In this document: one piece after another, positions 14,771-27,889 of the stretch
Layout: each line of letters starts with the position of its first letter
Numbering within the stretch: position 1 is the first letter of the stretch
Notes under the pieces: generated by a model
Told to the model about the DNA's origin: nothing
Database searches by the model: none
The model's input: only the letters and a program-made list of their open reading frames with translations
DNA from: Eledone cirrhosa
Taxonomy: Eukaryota
Length of the DNA stretch: 64,000 nt
Assembly (NCBI GenBank): GCA_964016885.1
Contig: OZ024744.1
Span: 10,664,001-10,728,000 of the forward strand
Direction: 5' to 3'
Position numbers and translations under genes: made by a program

Positions 14771-17700
14771 CTCCAATATGTGATGTTGTTGTACTCCAAT
14801 ATATTGTGTTGTTATACTCCAATATTTCGTGTTGTTTTAGTCCAATATGTCATGTTGTTTTACTCCAATATTTCGTGTTGTTGTACTCCAATATGTCATG
14901 GTGTTGTACTTGAATATGTCGTATTGTTGTACTCCAATATGTTGTGTTGTTCTCCAATATGTCGTGTTGTTATACTCCAATATGTTATGATGTTGTACTC
15001 CAATATATTGTGTTGCTGTACTCCAATATGTTGTGTTGCTGTACTCCAATATGTTGTGTCGTTGTACTCCAATATGTTGTGTTGTTGTACTCCAATATTT
15101 CGTGTTGTTGTACTCCAATACGTCGTGTTGTTGTACTCCAATATGTTTTGATGTTGTACTCCAATATGCTGTGTTGTTGTACTCCAATATGTTTTGATGT
15201 TGTACTCCAATATGTTGTGTTGTTGTACTCCAATATGTTGTGTAGTCGTACTCCAATATGTTGTGTTGTACTACAATATGCTGTGATGTTGTACTCCAAT
15301 ATGATGTGATGTTGTACTCCAATGCGTTTATTGTTGTACTCCAATGTGATGTGTTGTTGTACTCCAATATGTTGTGCCGTTGTACTCCAATATTTTTTAT
15401 TTTTGTACTCCAATATGTTGTGTTGTTATACTCCAATATGTTGTGTTGTTATACTCCAATATGTTGTACTGTTGTACTCTAAATCTCGTGTTGTTATACT
15501 CCAATGTGTTGTGTTGTTATACTCCAATATGGTGTGTTGTTGTACTCCAATATGTTGTATTGTTTTTTTCCAATATGTCATGTTATACTCCAATATGTTG
15601 TGTTCGTGTACTCCAATATGTTGTGTTATTGTACTCCAATATGTTGCGTTGTTGTACTCCAATATGTTGTGTTGTTATACTCCAATATGTTGTGTTGTTG
15701 TACTCCAATATGTTGTCTTGTTGTACTCCAAAAGGCCATGTTATCGTACTCCAATATGTCTTGTTATACTCCAATATGTCGTGTGGCTGTACTCCAATAT
15801 GTCATGTTGTTGTACTCCAATATGTCTTGTTATAGTCCACTATGTCGTGTTGTTGTACTCCAATATGTCATGTAGTTGTATTCCAATATTTCGTGTTGTT
15901 GTACCCCAATATGTCGTGTTGTTTATACTCCAATATGTTTTGCTGTTGTACTCCAATATGTTGTGTTGCTGTACTCCAATATGTTGTGTTGTTATTCTCC
16001 AATATGTTGTGCTGTTGTACTCCAATGTGTTATGTTGTTATACTCCAATATGTTGTGCTGTGCTACTCCAATATATTGTGTTGTTGTACTCCAATGTGTT
16101 GTGTTGTTATACTCCAATATGTTGTGTTGATTTACTCCAATATGTTGTGTTGTTGTACTACAATATGTTGTGTTGTTGTACTCCAATATGTTGTGTTGTT
16201 GTACTCCAATATGTTGTGTTGTTGTAATCCAATATCTTGTGTTGTTATACTCCAATATGTTGTGTTGTTGTACTCCAATATGTTGTGTTGTTATACTCCA
16301 ATATGTTGTATTGTGATACTCCAATATGTTGTGCTGTTGTACTCCAATATGTTGTGTTGTTATACTCCAATATGTTGTGTTATTTTACTCCAATATGTTG
16401 TGTTGTTGTACTCCAATATGTTGTATTGTTGTTCTCCAATATGTGATGTTGTTGTACTCCAATATATTGTGTTGTTATACTCCAATATTTCGTGTTGTTT
16501 TAGTCCAATATGTCATGTTGTTTTACTCCAATATTTCGTGTTGTTGTACTCCAATATGTCATGGTGTTGTACTTGAATATGTCGTATTGTTGTACTCCAA
16601 TATGTTGTGTTGTTCTCCAATATGTCGTGTTGTTATACTCCAATATGTTATGATGTTGTACTCCAATATATTGTGTTGCTGTACTCCAATATGTTGTGTT
16701 GCTGTACTCCAATATGTTGTGTCGTTGTACTCCAATATGTTGTGTTGTTGTACTCCAATATTTCGTGTTGTTGTACTCCAATACGTCGTGTTGTTGTACT
16801 CCAATATGTTTTGATGTTGTACTCCAATATGCTGTGTTGTTGTACTCCAATATGTTTTGATGTTGTACTCCAATATGTTGTGTTGTTGTACTCCAATATG
16901 TTGTGTAGTCGTACTCCAATATGTTGTGTTGTACTACAATATGCTGTGATGTTGTACTCCAATATGATGTGATGTTGTACTCCAATGCGTTTATTGTTGT
17001 ACTCCAATGTGATGTGTTGTTGTACTCCAATATGTTGTGCCGTTGTACTCCAATATTTTTTATTTTTGTACTCCAATATGTTGTGTTGTTATACTCCAAT
17101 ATGTTGTGTTGTTATACTCCAATATGTTGTACTGTTGTACTCTAAATCTCGTGTTGTTATACTCCAATGTGTTGTGTTGTTATACTCCAATATGGTGTGT
17201 TGTTGTACTCCAATATGTTGTATTGTTTTTTTCCAATATGTCATGTTATACTCCAATATGTTGTGTTCGTGTACTCCAATATGTTGTGTTATTGTACTCC
17301 AATATGTTGCGTTGTTGTACTCCAATATGTTGTGTTGTTATACTCCAATATGTTGTGTTGTTGTACTCCAATATGTTGTCTTGTTGTACTCCAAAAGGCC
17401 ATGTTATCGTACTCCAATATGTCTTGTTATACTCCAATATGTCGTGTGGCTGTACTCCAATATGTCATGTTGTTGTACTCCAATATGTCTTGTTATAGTC
17501 CACTATGTCGTGTTGTTGTACTCCAATATGTCATGTAGTTGTATTCCAATATTTCGTGTTGTTGTACCCCAATATGTCGTGTTGTTTATACTCCAATATG
17601 TTTTGCTGTTGTACTCCAATATGTTGTGTTGCTGTACTCCAATATGTTGTGTTGTTATTCTCCAATATGTTGTGCTGTTGTACTCCAATGTGTTATGTTG

Positions 17701-18107
17701 TTATACTCCAATATGTTGTGCTGTGCTACTCCAATATATTGTGTTGTTGTACTCCAATGTGTTGTGTTGTTATACTCCAATATGTTGTGTTGATTTACTC
17801 CAATATGTTGTGTTGTTGTACTACAATATGTTGTGTTGTTGTACTCCAATATGTTGTGTTGTTGTACTCCAATATGTTGTGTTGTTGTAATCCAATATCT
17901 TGTGTTGTTATACTCCAATATGTTGTGTTGTTGTACTCCAATATGTTGTGTTGTTATACTCCAATATGTTGTATTGTGATACTCCAATATGTTGTGCTGT
18001 TGTACTCCAATATGTTGTGTTGTTATACTCCAATATGTTGTGTTATTTTACTCCAATATGTTGTGTTGTTGTACTCCAATATGTTGTATTGTTGTTCTCC
18101 AATATGT
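14771..18107. repeat. Apparently exact 1663-bp tandem duplication
   Basis: ORF pairs with identical translations at offset 1663 include 14837/16500, 14944/16607, 15322/16985, 15504/17167 and 15992/17655. Private variants GCGTTTATTG, CTCTAAATCTC and TAGTCCACTA occur in both copies. Confidence 0.93.
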
Positions 18108-21100
18108 CATGTTATACTCCAATAAGTTGTGTTCTTGTACTCCAATATGTTGTGTTGTTGTACTCTAATATATCATGTTGTCGTACTCTAATATGTCATG
18201 TTATACTCCAATATGTCGTTGTTATACTCCAATATGTCATGTTGTTGTACTCCAATATGTCGTATTGTTGTACTCCAATATGTTTTGATGTTGTACTCCA
18301 ATATGTTGTGTTGTTGTACTCCAATATGTTGTGTGGTCATACTCCAATATGTTGTATTGTTATACTCCAATATGTTGTGCTGTTGTACTCCAATATGTTC
18401 TGTTGTTATACTCCAATATATTGTGTTGCTGTACTCCAATATGTCGTGTTGTTGTACTCCAATATGTTGTGTTGTTGTACTCCAATATGTTGTGTTGTTG
18501 TACTCCAATATGTTGTGTTGTTATATTCCAATATGTTATGTTGTTGTACTCCAATATGTCATGTTGTTGTACTCCAATATGTTTTGATGTTGTACTCCAA
18601 TATGTTGTGTTGTTGTACTCCAATATGTTTTGATGTTGTACTCCAATATGTTGTGTTGTTGTACTCCAATATGTTGTGTAGTCTTACTCCAATATGTTGT
18701 GTTGTTGTACTCCAATATGATGTGATGTTGTACTCCAATATGATGTGCTGTTGTACTCCAATGCGTTGTGTTGTTGTACTCCAATATGCTGTGTTGTTAT
18801 ACTCCAATATGTTGTGTTGTTATACTCCAATATGTTGTGTTGGTGTAATCCAATATCTTGTGTTATTTTACTCCAATATGTTGTGTTGTTGTACTCCAAT
18901 ATGTTGTGTTGTTGTACTCCAATATGTTGTGTTGTTGTAATCCAATATCTTGTGTTGTTATACTCCAATATGTTGTGCTGTTGTACTCCAATATGTTGAG
19001 TTGTTATACTCCAATATGTAGTGTTGTTATACTCCAATATGTTGTGTTGTTGTACTCCAATCTGTTGCGTTATACTCCAATATGTTGTGTTGTTATACTC
19101 CAATATGTTGTGTTGTTATACTCCAATATGTTGTGTTGTTTTACTCCAATATGTTGTATTGTTGATCTCCAATATGTCATATTATACTCCAATAAGTTGT
19201 GTTCTTGTACTCCAATATGTTTTGTTGTTGTACTCCAATATGTTGCTTTGTTGTACTCCAATATATCATGTTGTCGTACTGCAATATGTCATGTTATACT
19301 CCAATATGTTTTGATGCTGTACTCCAATATGTTGTGTTGTTGTACTACAATATGTTGTGTTGTTGTACTCCAATATGTTGTGTTGTTATACTCCAATATG
19401 TTGTGCTGTTGTACTCCAATATGTTGTGTTGTTATACTCCAATATGTAGTGTTGTTATACTCCAATATGTTGTGTTGTTGTACTCCAATCTGTTGTGTTG
19501 TTATACTCCAATATATTGTGTTGTTATACTCCAATATGTTGTGTTGTTTAACTCCAATATGTTGTGTTGTTGTACTCCAATATGTTGTATTGTTGTTCTC
19601 CAATATGTCATGTTATACTCCAATAAGTTGTGTCCTTGTACTCCAATATGTTGTGTTGTTGTACTCCAATATGTTGTGTTGTTGTACTCCAATATGTTGT
19701 GTTGTTGTACTCCAATATATCATGTTGTCGTACTCCAATATGTCATGATGTTGTACTCCAATATGTCGTGTTCTTGTACTCCAATATGTCGTGTTGTCGT
19801 ACTGCAGTATGTTGTGTTGTTGTACTCCAATATGTTGTGCTGTTGTACTCCAATATGTTGTGCTGTTGTACTCCAATATGTTGTGTTGTTATACTCCAAT
19901 ATGTTGTGCTGTTGTACTCCAATATTTCGTGTTGTTGTACTCCAATACGTCGTGTTGTACTCCAATATGTTGTGTTGTTATACTCCAATATGTTATGTTG
20001 TTGTACTCCAATATGTCTTGTTGTTGTACTCCAATATGTTTTGATGTTGTACCCCAATATGTTGTGTTGTTGTACTCCAATATGTTTTGATGTTGTACTC
20101 CAATATGTTGTGTTGTTGTACTCCAATATGTTTTGATGTTGTACTCCAATATGTTGTGTTGTTGTACTCCAATATGTTGTGATGTTGTACTCCAATATGA
20201 TGTGATGTTGTACTCCAATGCGTTGTGTTGTTTTACTCCAATGTGATGTGTTGTTGTACTCCAATATGTTGTGCCGTTGTACTCCAATATTTTTTTATTT
20301 TTGTACTCCAATATGTTGTGTTGTTATACTCCAATATGTTGTGTTGTGATACTCCAATATGTTGTGCTGTTGTACTCCAAATCTCGTGTTGTTATACTCC
20401 AATATGTTGTGTTGTTTTACTCCAATATGTTGTTGTTGTACTCCAATATGTTGTATTGTTGTTCTCCAATATGTCATGTTATACTCCAATATGTTGTGTT
20501 CGTGTACTCCAATATGTTGTGTTATTGTACTCCAATAAGTTGCGTTGTTGTACTCCAATATGTTGTGTTGTTATACTCCAATATGTTGTGTTGTTGTACT
20601 CCAATATGTTGTCTTGTTGTACTCCAAAAGGCCATGTTATCGTACTCCAATATGTCTTGTTATACTCCAATATGTCGTGTGGCTGTACTCCAATATGTCA
20701 TGTTGTTGTACTCCAATATGTCTTGTTATAGTCCAATATGTCGTGTTGTTGTACTCCAATATGTTATGTAGTAGTATTCCAATATTTCGTGTTGTTGTCC
20801 CCCAATATGTCTTGTTGTTTATACTCCAATATGTCTTGCTGTTGTACTCCAATATGTTGTGTTGCTGTACTCCAATATGTTGTGTTGTTATTCTCCAATA
20901 TGTTGTGCTGTTGTACTCCAATGTGTTATGTTGTTATACTCCAATATGTTGTGCTGTGCTACTCCAATATATTGTGTTGTTGTACTCCAATGTGTTGTGT
21001 TGTTATACTCCAATATGTTGTGTTGACTTACTCCAATATGTTGTGTTGTTGTACTCCAATCTGTTGTGTTGTTATACTCCAATATGTTGTGTTGTTATAC

Positions 21101-21829
21101 TCCAATATGTTGTGTTGTTTTACTCCAATATGTTGTGTTGTTGTACTCCAATATGTTGTGTTGTTGTACTCCAATATGTTGTGTTGTTGTAATCCAATAT
21201 CTTGTGTTGTTATACTCCAATATGTTGTGTTGTTGTACTCCAATATGTTGTGTTGTTATACTCCAATATGTTGTGTTGTGATACTCCAATATGTTGTGCT
21301 GTTGTACTCCAATATGTTGTGTTATACTCCAATATGTTGTGTTGTTTTACTCCAATATGTTGTTGTTGTACTCCAATATGTTGTATTGTTGTTCTCCAAT
21401 ATGTCATGTTATACTCCAATAAGTTGTGTTCTTGTACTCCAATATGTTGTGTTGTTGTACTCCAATATATCATGTTGTCGTACTCCAATATGTCATGTTA
21501 TACTCCAATATGTCGTTGGTATACTCCAATATGTCATGTTGTACTCCAATGTGTCGTATTGTTGTACTCCAATATGTTTTGATGTTGTACTCCAATATGT
21601 TGTGTTGTTGTACTCCAATATGTTGTGTAGCCATACTCCAATATGTTGTGTTGTTATACTCCAATATGTTATGTTGTTGTACTCCAATATGTCATGTTGT
21701 TGTACTCCAATATGTTTTGATGTTGTACTCCAATATGTTGTGTTGTTGTACTCCAATATGGTTTGATGTTGTACTCCAATATGTTGTGTTGTTGTACTCC
21801 AATATGCTGTGTAGTCGTACTCCAATATG

Positions 21830-24800
21830 TTGTGTTGTTGTACTCCAATATGCTGTTATGTTGTACTCCAATATGATGTGCTGTTGTACTCCAATGCGTT
21901 GTGTTGTTGTACTCCAATATGCTGTGTTGTTATACTCCAATATGTTGTGTTGTTGTACTCCAATATGTTGTGTTGTTGTACTCCAATATGTTGTGTTGTT
22001 GTAATCCAATATCTTGTGTTGTTATACTCCAATATGTTATGCTGTTGTACTCCAATATGTTGAGTTGTTATACTCCAATATGTAGTGTTGTTATACTCCA
22101 ATATGTTGTGTTGTTGTACTCCAATCTGTTGCGTTATACTCCAATATGTTGTGTTGTTATACTCCAATATGTTGTGTTGTTTTACTCCAATATATTGTAT
22201 TGTTGATCTCCAATATGTCATATTATACTCCAATAAGTTGTGTTCTTGTACTCCAATATGTGTTGTTGTTGTACTCCAATATGTTGCGTTGTTGTACTCC
22301 AATATATCATGTTGTCGTACTCCAATATGTCATGTTATACTCCAATATGTTTTGATGCTGTACTCCAATATGTTGTGTTGTTGTACTACAATATGTTGTG
22401 TTGTTGTACTCCAATATGTTGTGTTGTTATACTCCAATATGTTGTGCTGTTGTACTCCAATATGTTGTGTTGTTATACTCCAATATGTAGTGTTGTTATA
22501 CTCCAATATGTTGTGTTGTTGTACTCCAATCTGTTGTGTTGTTATACTCCAATATATTGTGTTGTTATACTCCAATATGTTGTGTTGTTTTACTCCAATA
22601 TGTTGTGTTGTTGTACTCCAATATGTTGTATTGTTGTTCTCCAATATGTCATGTTATACTCCAATAAGTTGTGTTCTTGTACTCCAATATGTTGTGTTGT
22701 TGTACTCCAATATGTTGTGTTGTTGTACTCCAATATATCATGTTGTCGTACTCCAATATGTCATGTTATACTCCAATATGTCGTTGTTATACTCCAATAG
22801 GTCATGATGTTGTACTCCAATATGTCGCGTTGTCGTACTCCAATATGTTGTGTTGTACTCCAATACGTTGTGCTGTTGTACTCCAATATGTTGTGTTGTT
22901 GTACCCCAATATGTTGTGTTGTTATACTCCAATATGTTGTGCTGTTGTACTCCAATATTTCGTGTTATTGTACTCCAATACGTCGTGTTGTACTCCAATA
23001 TGTTGTATTGTTATACTCCAATATGTTATGTTGTTGTACTCCAATATGTCTTGTTGTTGTACTCCAATATGTTTTGATATTGTACTCCAATATGTTGTGT
23101 TGTTGTACTCCAATATGTTTTGATGTTGTACTCCAATATGTTGTGTTGTTGTACTCCAATATGTTGTGTAGTCGTACTCCAATATGTTGCATTGTTGTAC
23201 TCTAATGTGTTGTGTTGTTATTCTCCAATATGTTGTGATGTTGTACTCCAATGCGTTGTGTTGTTGTACTCCAATGTGATGTGTTGTTGTACTCCAATAT
23301 GTTGTGCTGTTGTACTCCAATATTTTTTGTTTTTTGTACTCCAATATGTTGTGTTGTTATACTCCAATATGTTGTGTTATTATACTCCAATATGTTGTGC
23401 TGTTGTACTCCAAATCTCGTGTTGTTATACTCCAATGTGTTGTGTTGTTATACTCCAATATGGTGTGTTGTTGTACTCCAATATGTTGTATTGTTTTCTC
23501 CAATATGTCATGTTATACTCCAATATGGTGTGTTCGTGTACTCCAATATGTTGTGTTATTGTACTCCAATATGTTGCGTTGTTGTACTCCAATATGTTGT
23601 GTTGTTATACTCCAATATGTTGTGTGGCTGTACTCCAATATGTCATGTTGTTGTACTCCAATATGTCTTGTTATAGTCCAATATGTCGTGTTGTTGTACT
23701 CCAATATATCATGTAGTTGTACTCCAATATTTCGTGTGGTTGTACCCCAATATGTAGTGTTGTTTATACTCCAATATGTTTTGCTGTTGTACTCCAATAT
23801 GTTGTGTTGCTGTACTCCTATATGTTGTGTTGTTATTCTCCAATATGTTGTGCTGTTGTACTCCAATGTGTTGTGTTGTTATACTCCAATATGTTGTGTT
23901 GATTTACTCCAATATGTTGTGTTGTTGTACTCCAATCTGTTGTGTTGTTATACTCCAATGTGTTGTGTTGTTATACTCCAATATGTTGTGTTGTTGTAGT
24001 CCAATATGTTGTGTTGTCGTACTCCAATATGTTGTGTTGTTATACTCCAATATTTCGTGTGGTTGTACTCCAATATGTCATGGTGTTGTACTTCAATATG
24101 TCGTGTTGTTTTACTCCAATATGTTGTGTTGTTGTACTCCAATATGCTGTGTTGTTGTACTCCAATATGTTGTGTTGTTATACTCCAATATGTTGTGTTG
24201 TTGTACTCCAATATCTTGTGTTGTTATACTCCAATATGTTGTGTTGTTATACTCCAATATGTTGTGTTGTTGTACTCCAATATGCTGTGATGTTGTACTC
24301 CAATATGATGTGCTGTTGTACTCCAATGCGTTGTGTTGTTGTACTCCAATATGCTGTGTTGTTATACTCCAATATGTTGTGTTGTTGTACTCCAATAGGT
24401 TGTGTTGTTGTACTCCAATATGTTGTGTTGTTGTAATCCAATATCTTGTGTTGTTATACTCCAATATGTTATGCTGTTGTACTCCAATATGTTGAGTTGT
24501 TATACTCCAATATGTAGTGTTGTTATACTCCAATATGTTGTGTTGTTGTACTCCAATCTGTGGCGTTATACTCCAATATGTTGTGTTGTTATACTCCAAT
24601 ATGTTGTGTTGTTATACTCCAATATGTTGTGTTGTTTTACTCCAATATGTTGTATTGTTGATCTCCAATATGTCATATTATACTCCAATAAGTTGTGTTC
24701 TTGTACTCCAATATGTGTTGTTGTTGTACTCCAATATGTTGCGTTGTTGTACTCCAATATATCATGTTGTCGTACTCCAATATGTCATGTTATACTCCAA

Positions 24801-26740
24801 TATGTTTTGATGCTGTACTCCAATATGTTGTGTTGTTGTACTACAATATGTTGTGTTGTTGTACTCCAATATGTTGTGTTGTTATACTCCAATATGTTGT
24901 GCTGTTGTACTCCAATATGTTGTGTTGTTATACTCCAATATGTAGTGTTGTTATACTCCAATATGTTGTGTTGTTGTACTCCAATCTGTTGTGTTGTTAT
25001 ACTCCAATATATTGTGTTGTTATACTCCAATATGTTGTGTTGTTTTACTCCAATATGTTGTGTTGTTGTACTCCAATATGTTGTATTGTTGTTCTCCAAT
25101 ATGTCATGTTATACTCCAATAAGTTGTGTTCTTGTACTCCAATATGTTGTGTTGTTGTACTCCAATATGTTGTGTTGTTGTACTCCAATATATCATGTTG
25201 TCGTACTCCAATATGTCATGTTATACTCCAATATGTCGTTGTTATACTCCAATAGGTCATGATGTTGTACTCCAATATGTCGCGTTGTCGTACTCCAATA
25301 TGTTGTGTTGTACTCCAATACGTTGTGCTGTTGTACTCCAATATGTTGTGTTGTTGTACCCCAATATGTTGTGTTGTTATACTCCAATATGTTGTGCTGT
25401 TGTACTCCAATATTTCGTGTTATTGTACTCCAATACGTCGTGTTGTACTCCAATATGTTGTATTGTTATACTCCAATATGTTATGTTGTTGTACTCCAAT
25501 ATGCCTTGTTGTTGTACTCCAATATGTTTTGATGTTGTACTCCAATATGTTGTGTTGTTGTACTCCAATATGTTTTGATGTTGTACTCCAATATGTTGTG
25601 TTGTACTCCAATATGTTGTGTAGTCGTACTCCAATATGTTGCGTTGTTGTACTCTAATGTGTTGTGTTGTTATTCTCCAATATGTTGTGATGTTGTACTC
25701 CAATGCGTTGTGTTGTTGTACTCCAATGTGATGTGTTGTTGTACTCCAATATGTTGTGCTGTTGTACTACAATATTTTTTGTTTTTTGTACTCCAATATG
25801 TTGTGTTGTTATACTCCAATATGTTGTGTTATTATACTCCAATATGTTGTGCTGTTGTACTCCAAATCTCGTGTTGTTATACTCCAATGTGTTGTGTTGT
25901 TATACTCCAATATGGTGTGTTGTTGTACTCCAATATGTTGTATTGTTTTCTCCAATATGTCATGTTATACTCCAATATGGTGTGTTCGTGTACTCCAATA
26001 TGTTGTGTTATTGTACTCCAATATGTTGCGTTGTTGTACTCCAATATGTTGTGTTGTTATACTCCAATATGTCGTGTGGCTGTACTCCAATATGTCATGT
26101 TGTTGTACTCCAATATGTCTTGTTATAGTCCAATATGTCGTGTTGTTGTACTCCAATATATCATGTAGTTGTACTCCAATATTTCGTGTTGTTGTACCCC
26201 AATATGTAGTGTTGTTTATACTCCAATATGTTTTGCTGTTGTACTCCAATATGTTGTGTTGCTGTACTCCTATATGTTGTGTTGTTATTCTCCAATATGT
26301 TGTGCTGTTGTACTCCAATGTGTTGTGTTGTTATACTCCAATATGTTGTGTTGATTTACTCCAATATGTTGTGTTGTTGTACTCCAATCTGTTGTGTTGT
26401 TATACTCCAATGTGTTGTGTTGTTATACTCCAATATGTTGTGTTGTTGTAGTCCAATATGTTGTGTTGTTGTACTCCAATATGTTGTGTTGTTATACTCC
26501 AATATTTCGTGTGGTTGTACTCCAATATGTCATGGTGTTGTACTTCAATATGTCGTGTTGTTTTACTCCAATATGTTGTGTTGTTGTACTCCAATATGCT
26601 GTGTTGTTGTACTCCAATATGTTGTGTTGTTATACTCCAATATGTTGTGTTGTTGTACTCCAATATCTTGTGTTGTTATACTCCAATATGTTGTGTTGTT
26701 ATACTCCAATATGTTGTGTTGTTGTACTCCAATATGTTGT
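21830..26740. repeat. ~2.45-kb tandem duplication
   Basis: Offsets are 2455 (22240/24695, 22671/25126) and then 2452 (23251/25703, 23717/26169) after a 3-bp deletion near 25600. Confidence 0.85.
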
Positions 26741-27889
26741 GCTGTTATACTCCAATATGATGTGCTGTTATACTCCAATATGTTGTGTTGTTGTACTCCA
26801 ATATGTTGTGTTGTTGTACTCCAATATGTTGTGCCGTTGTACTCCAATATTTTTTTTGTTTTTGTACTCCAAAATGTTGTGTTGTTATACTCCAATATGT
26901 TGTGTTGTTATACACCAATGTGGTGTGCTGTTGTAATCCAATATGTTATGTTGTACTCCAATATGTTGTGTTGTTATACTCCAATATGTAGTGTTGTTAT
27001 ACTCCAATATGTTGTGTTGTTGTACTCCAATCTGTTGTGTTATACTCCAATATGTTGTGTTGTTATACTCCAATATGTTGTGTCGTTATACTCCAATATG
27101 TTGTGTTGTTTTACTCCAATATGTTGTGTTGTTGTACTCCAATATGTTGTATTGTTGTTCTCCAATATGTCATGCTATACTCCAATAAGTTGTGTTCTTG
27201 TACTCCAATGTGTTTTGTTGTTGTACTCCAATATGTTGTGTTGTTGTACTCCAATATATCATGTTGTCGTACTCCAATATGTCATGTTATACTCCAATAT
27301 GTCGTTGTTATACTCCAATATGTCATGTTGCTGTACTCCAACATGTCGTGTTGTAGTACTCCAATATGTGTTGATGTTGTACTCCAATATGTTGTGTTGT
27401 TGTACTCCAATATGTTGTGTTGTTGTACTCCAATATGTCATGTTGTTGTACTCCGATATTTCGTGTTGTTCTACTCCAATATTTCGTGTTGTTGTACTCC
27501 AATATGTCGTGGTGTTGTACTCCAATATGTTTTGATGTTGTACTCCAATATGTCGTGTTGTTGTACTCCAATATGTTGTGTTGTTGTACTCCAATATGCT
27601 GTGTTGTTATACTCCTATATGTTGTGCTGTTGTACTTCAATATGTTGTGTTCTACTCCAATATGTTGTGTTGTTATACTCCAATATGTTGTGTTGTTGTA
27701 CTCCAATATGTGATGTTGTTGTACTCCAATATGTCGTATTGTTGTACTCCAATATATTGTGTTGTTATACTCCAATATTTCGTGTTGTTTTAGTCCAATA
27801 TGTCATGTTGTTTTACTCCAATATTTCGTGTTGTTGTACTCCAATATGTCATGGTGTTGTACTTGAATATGTCGTATTGTCGTACTCCA

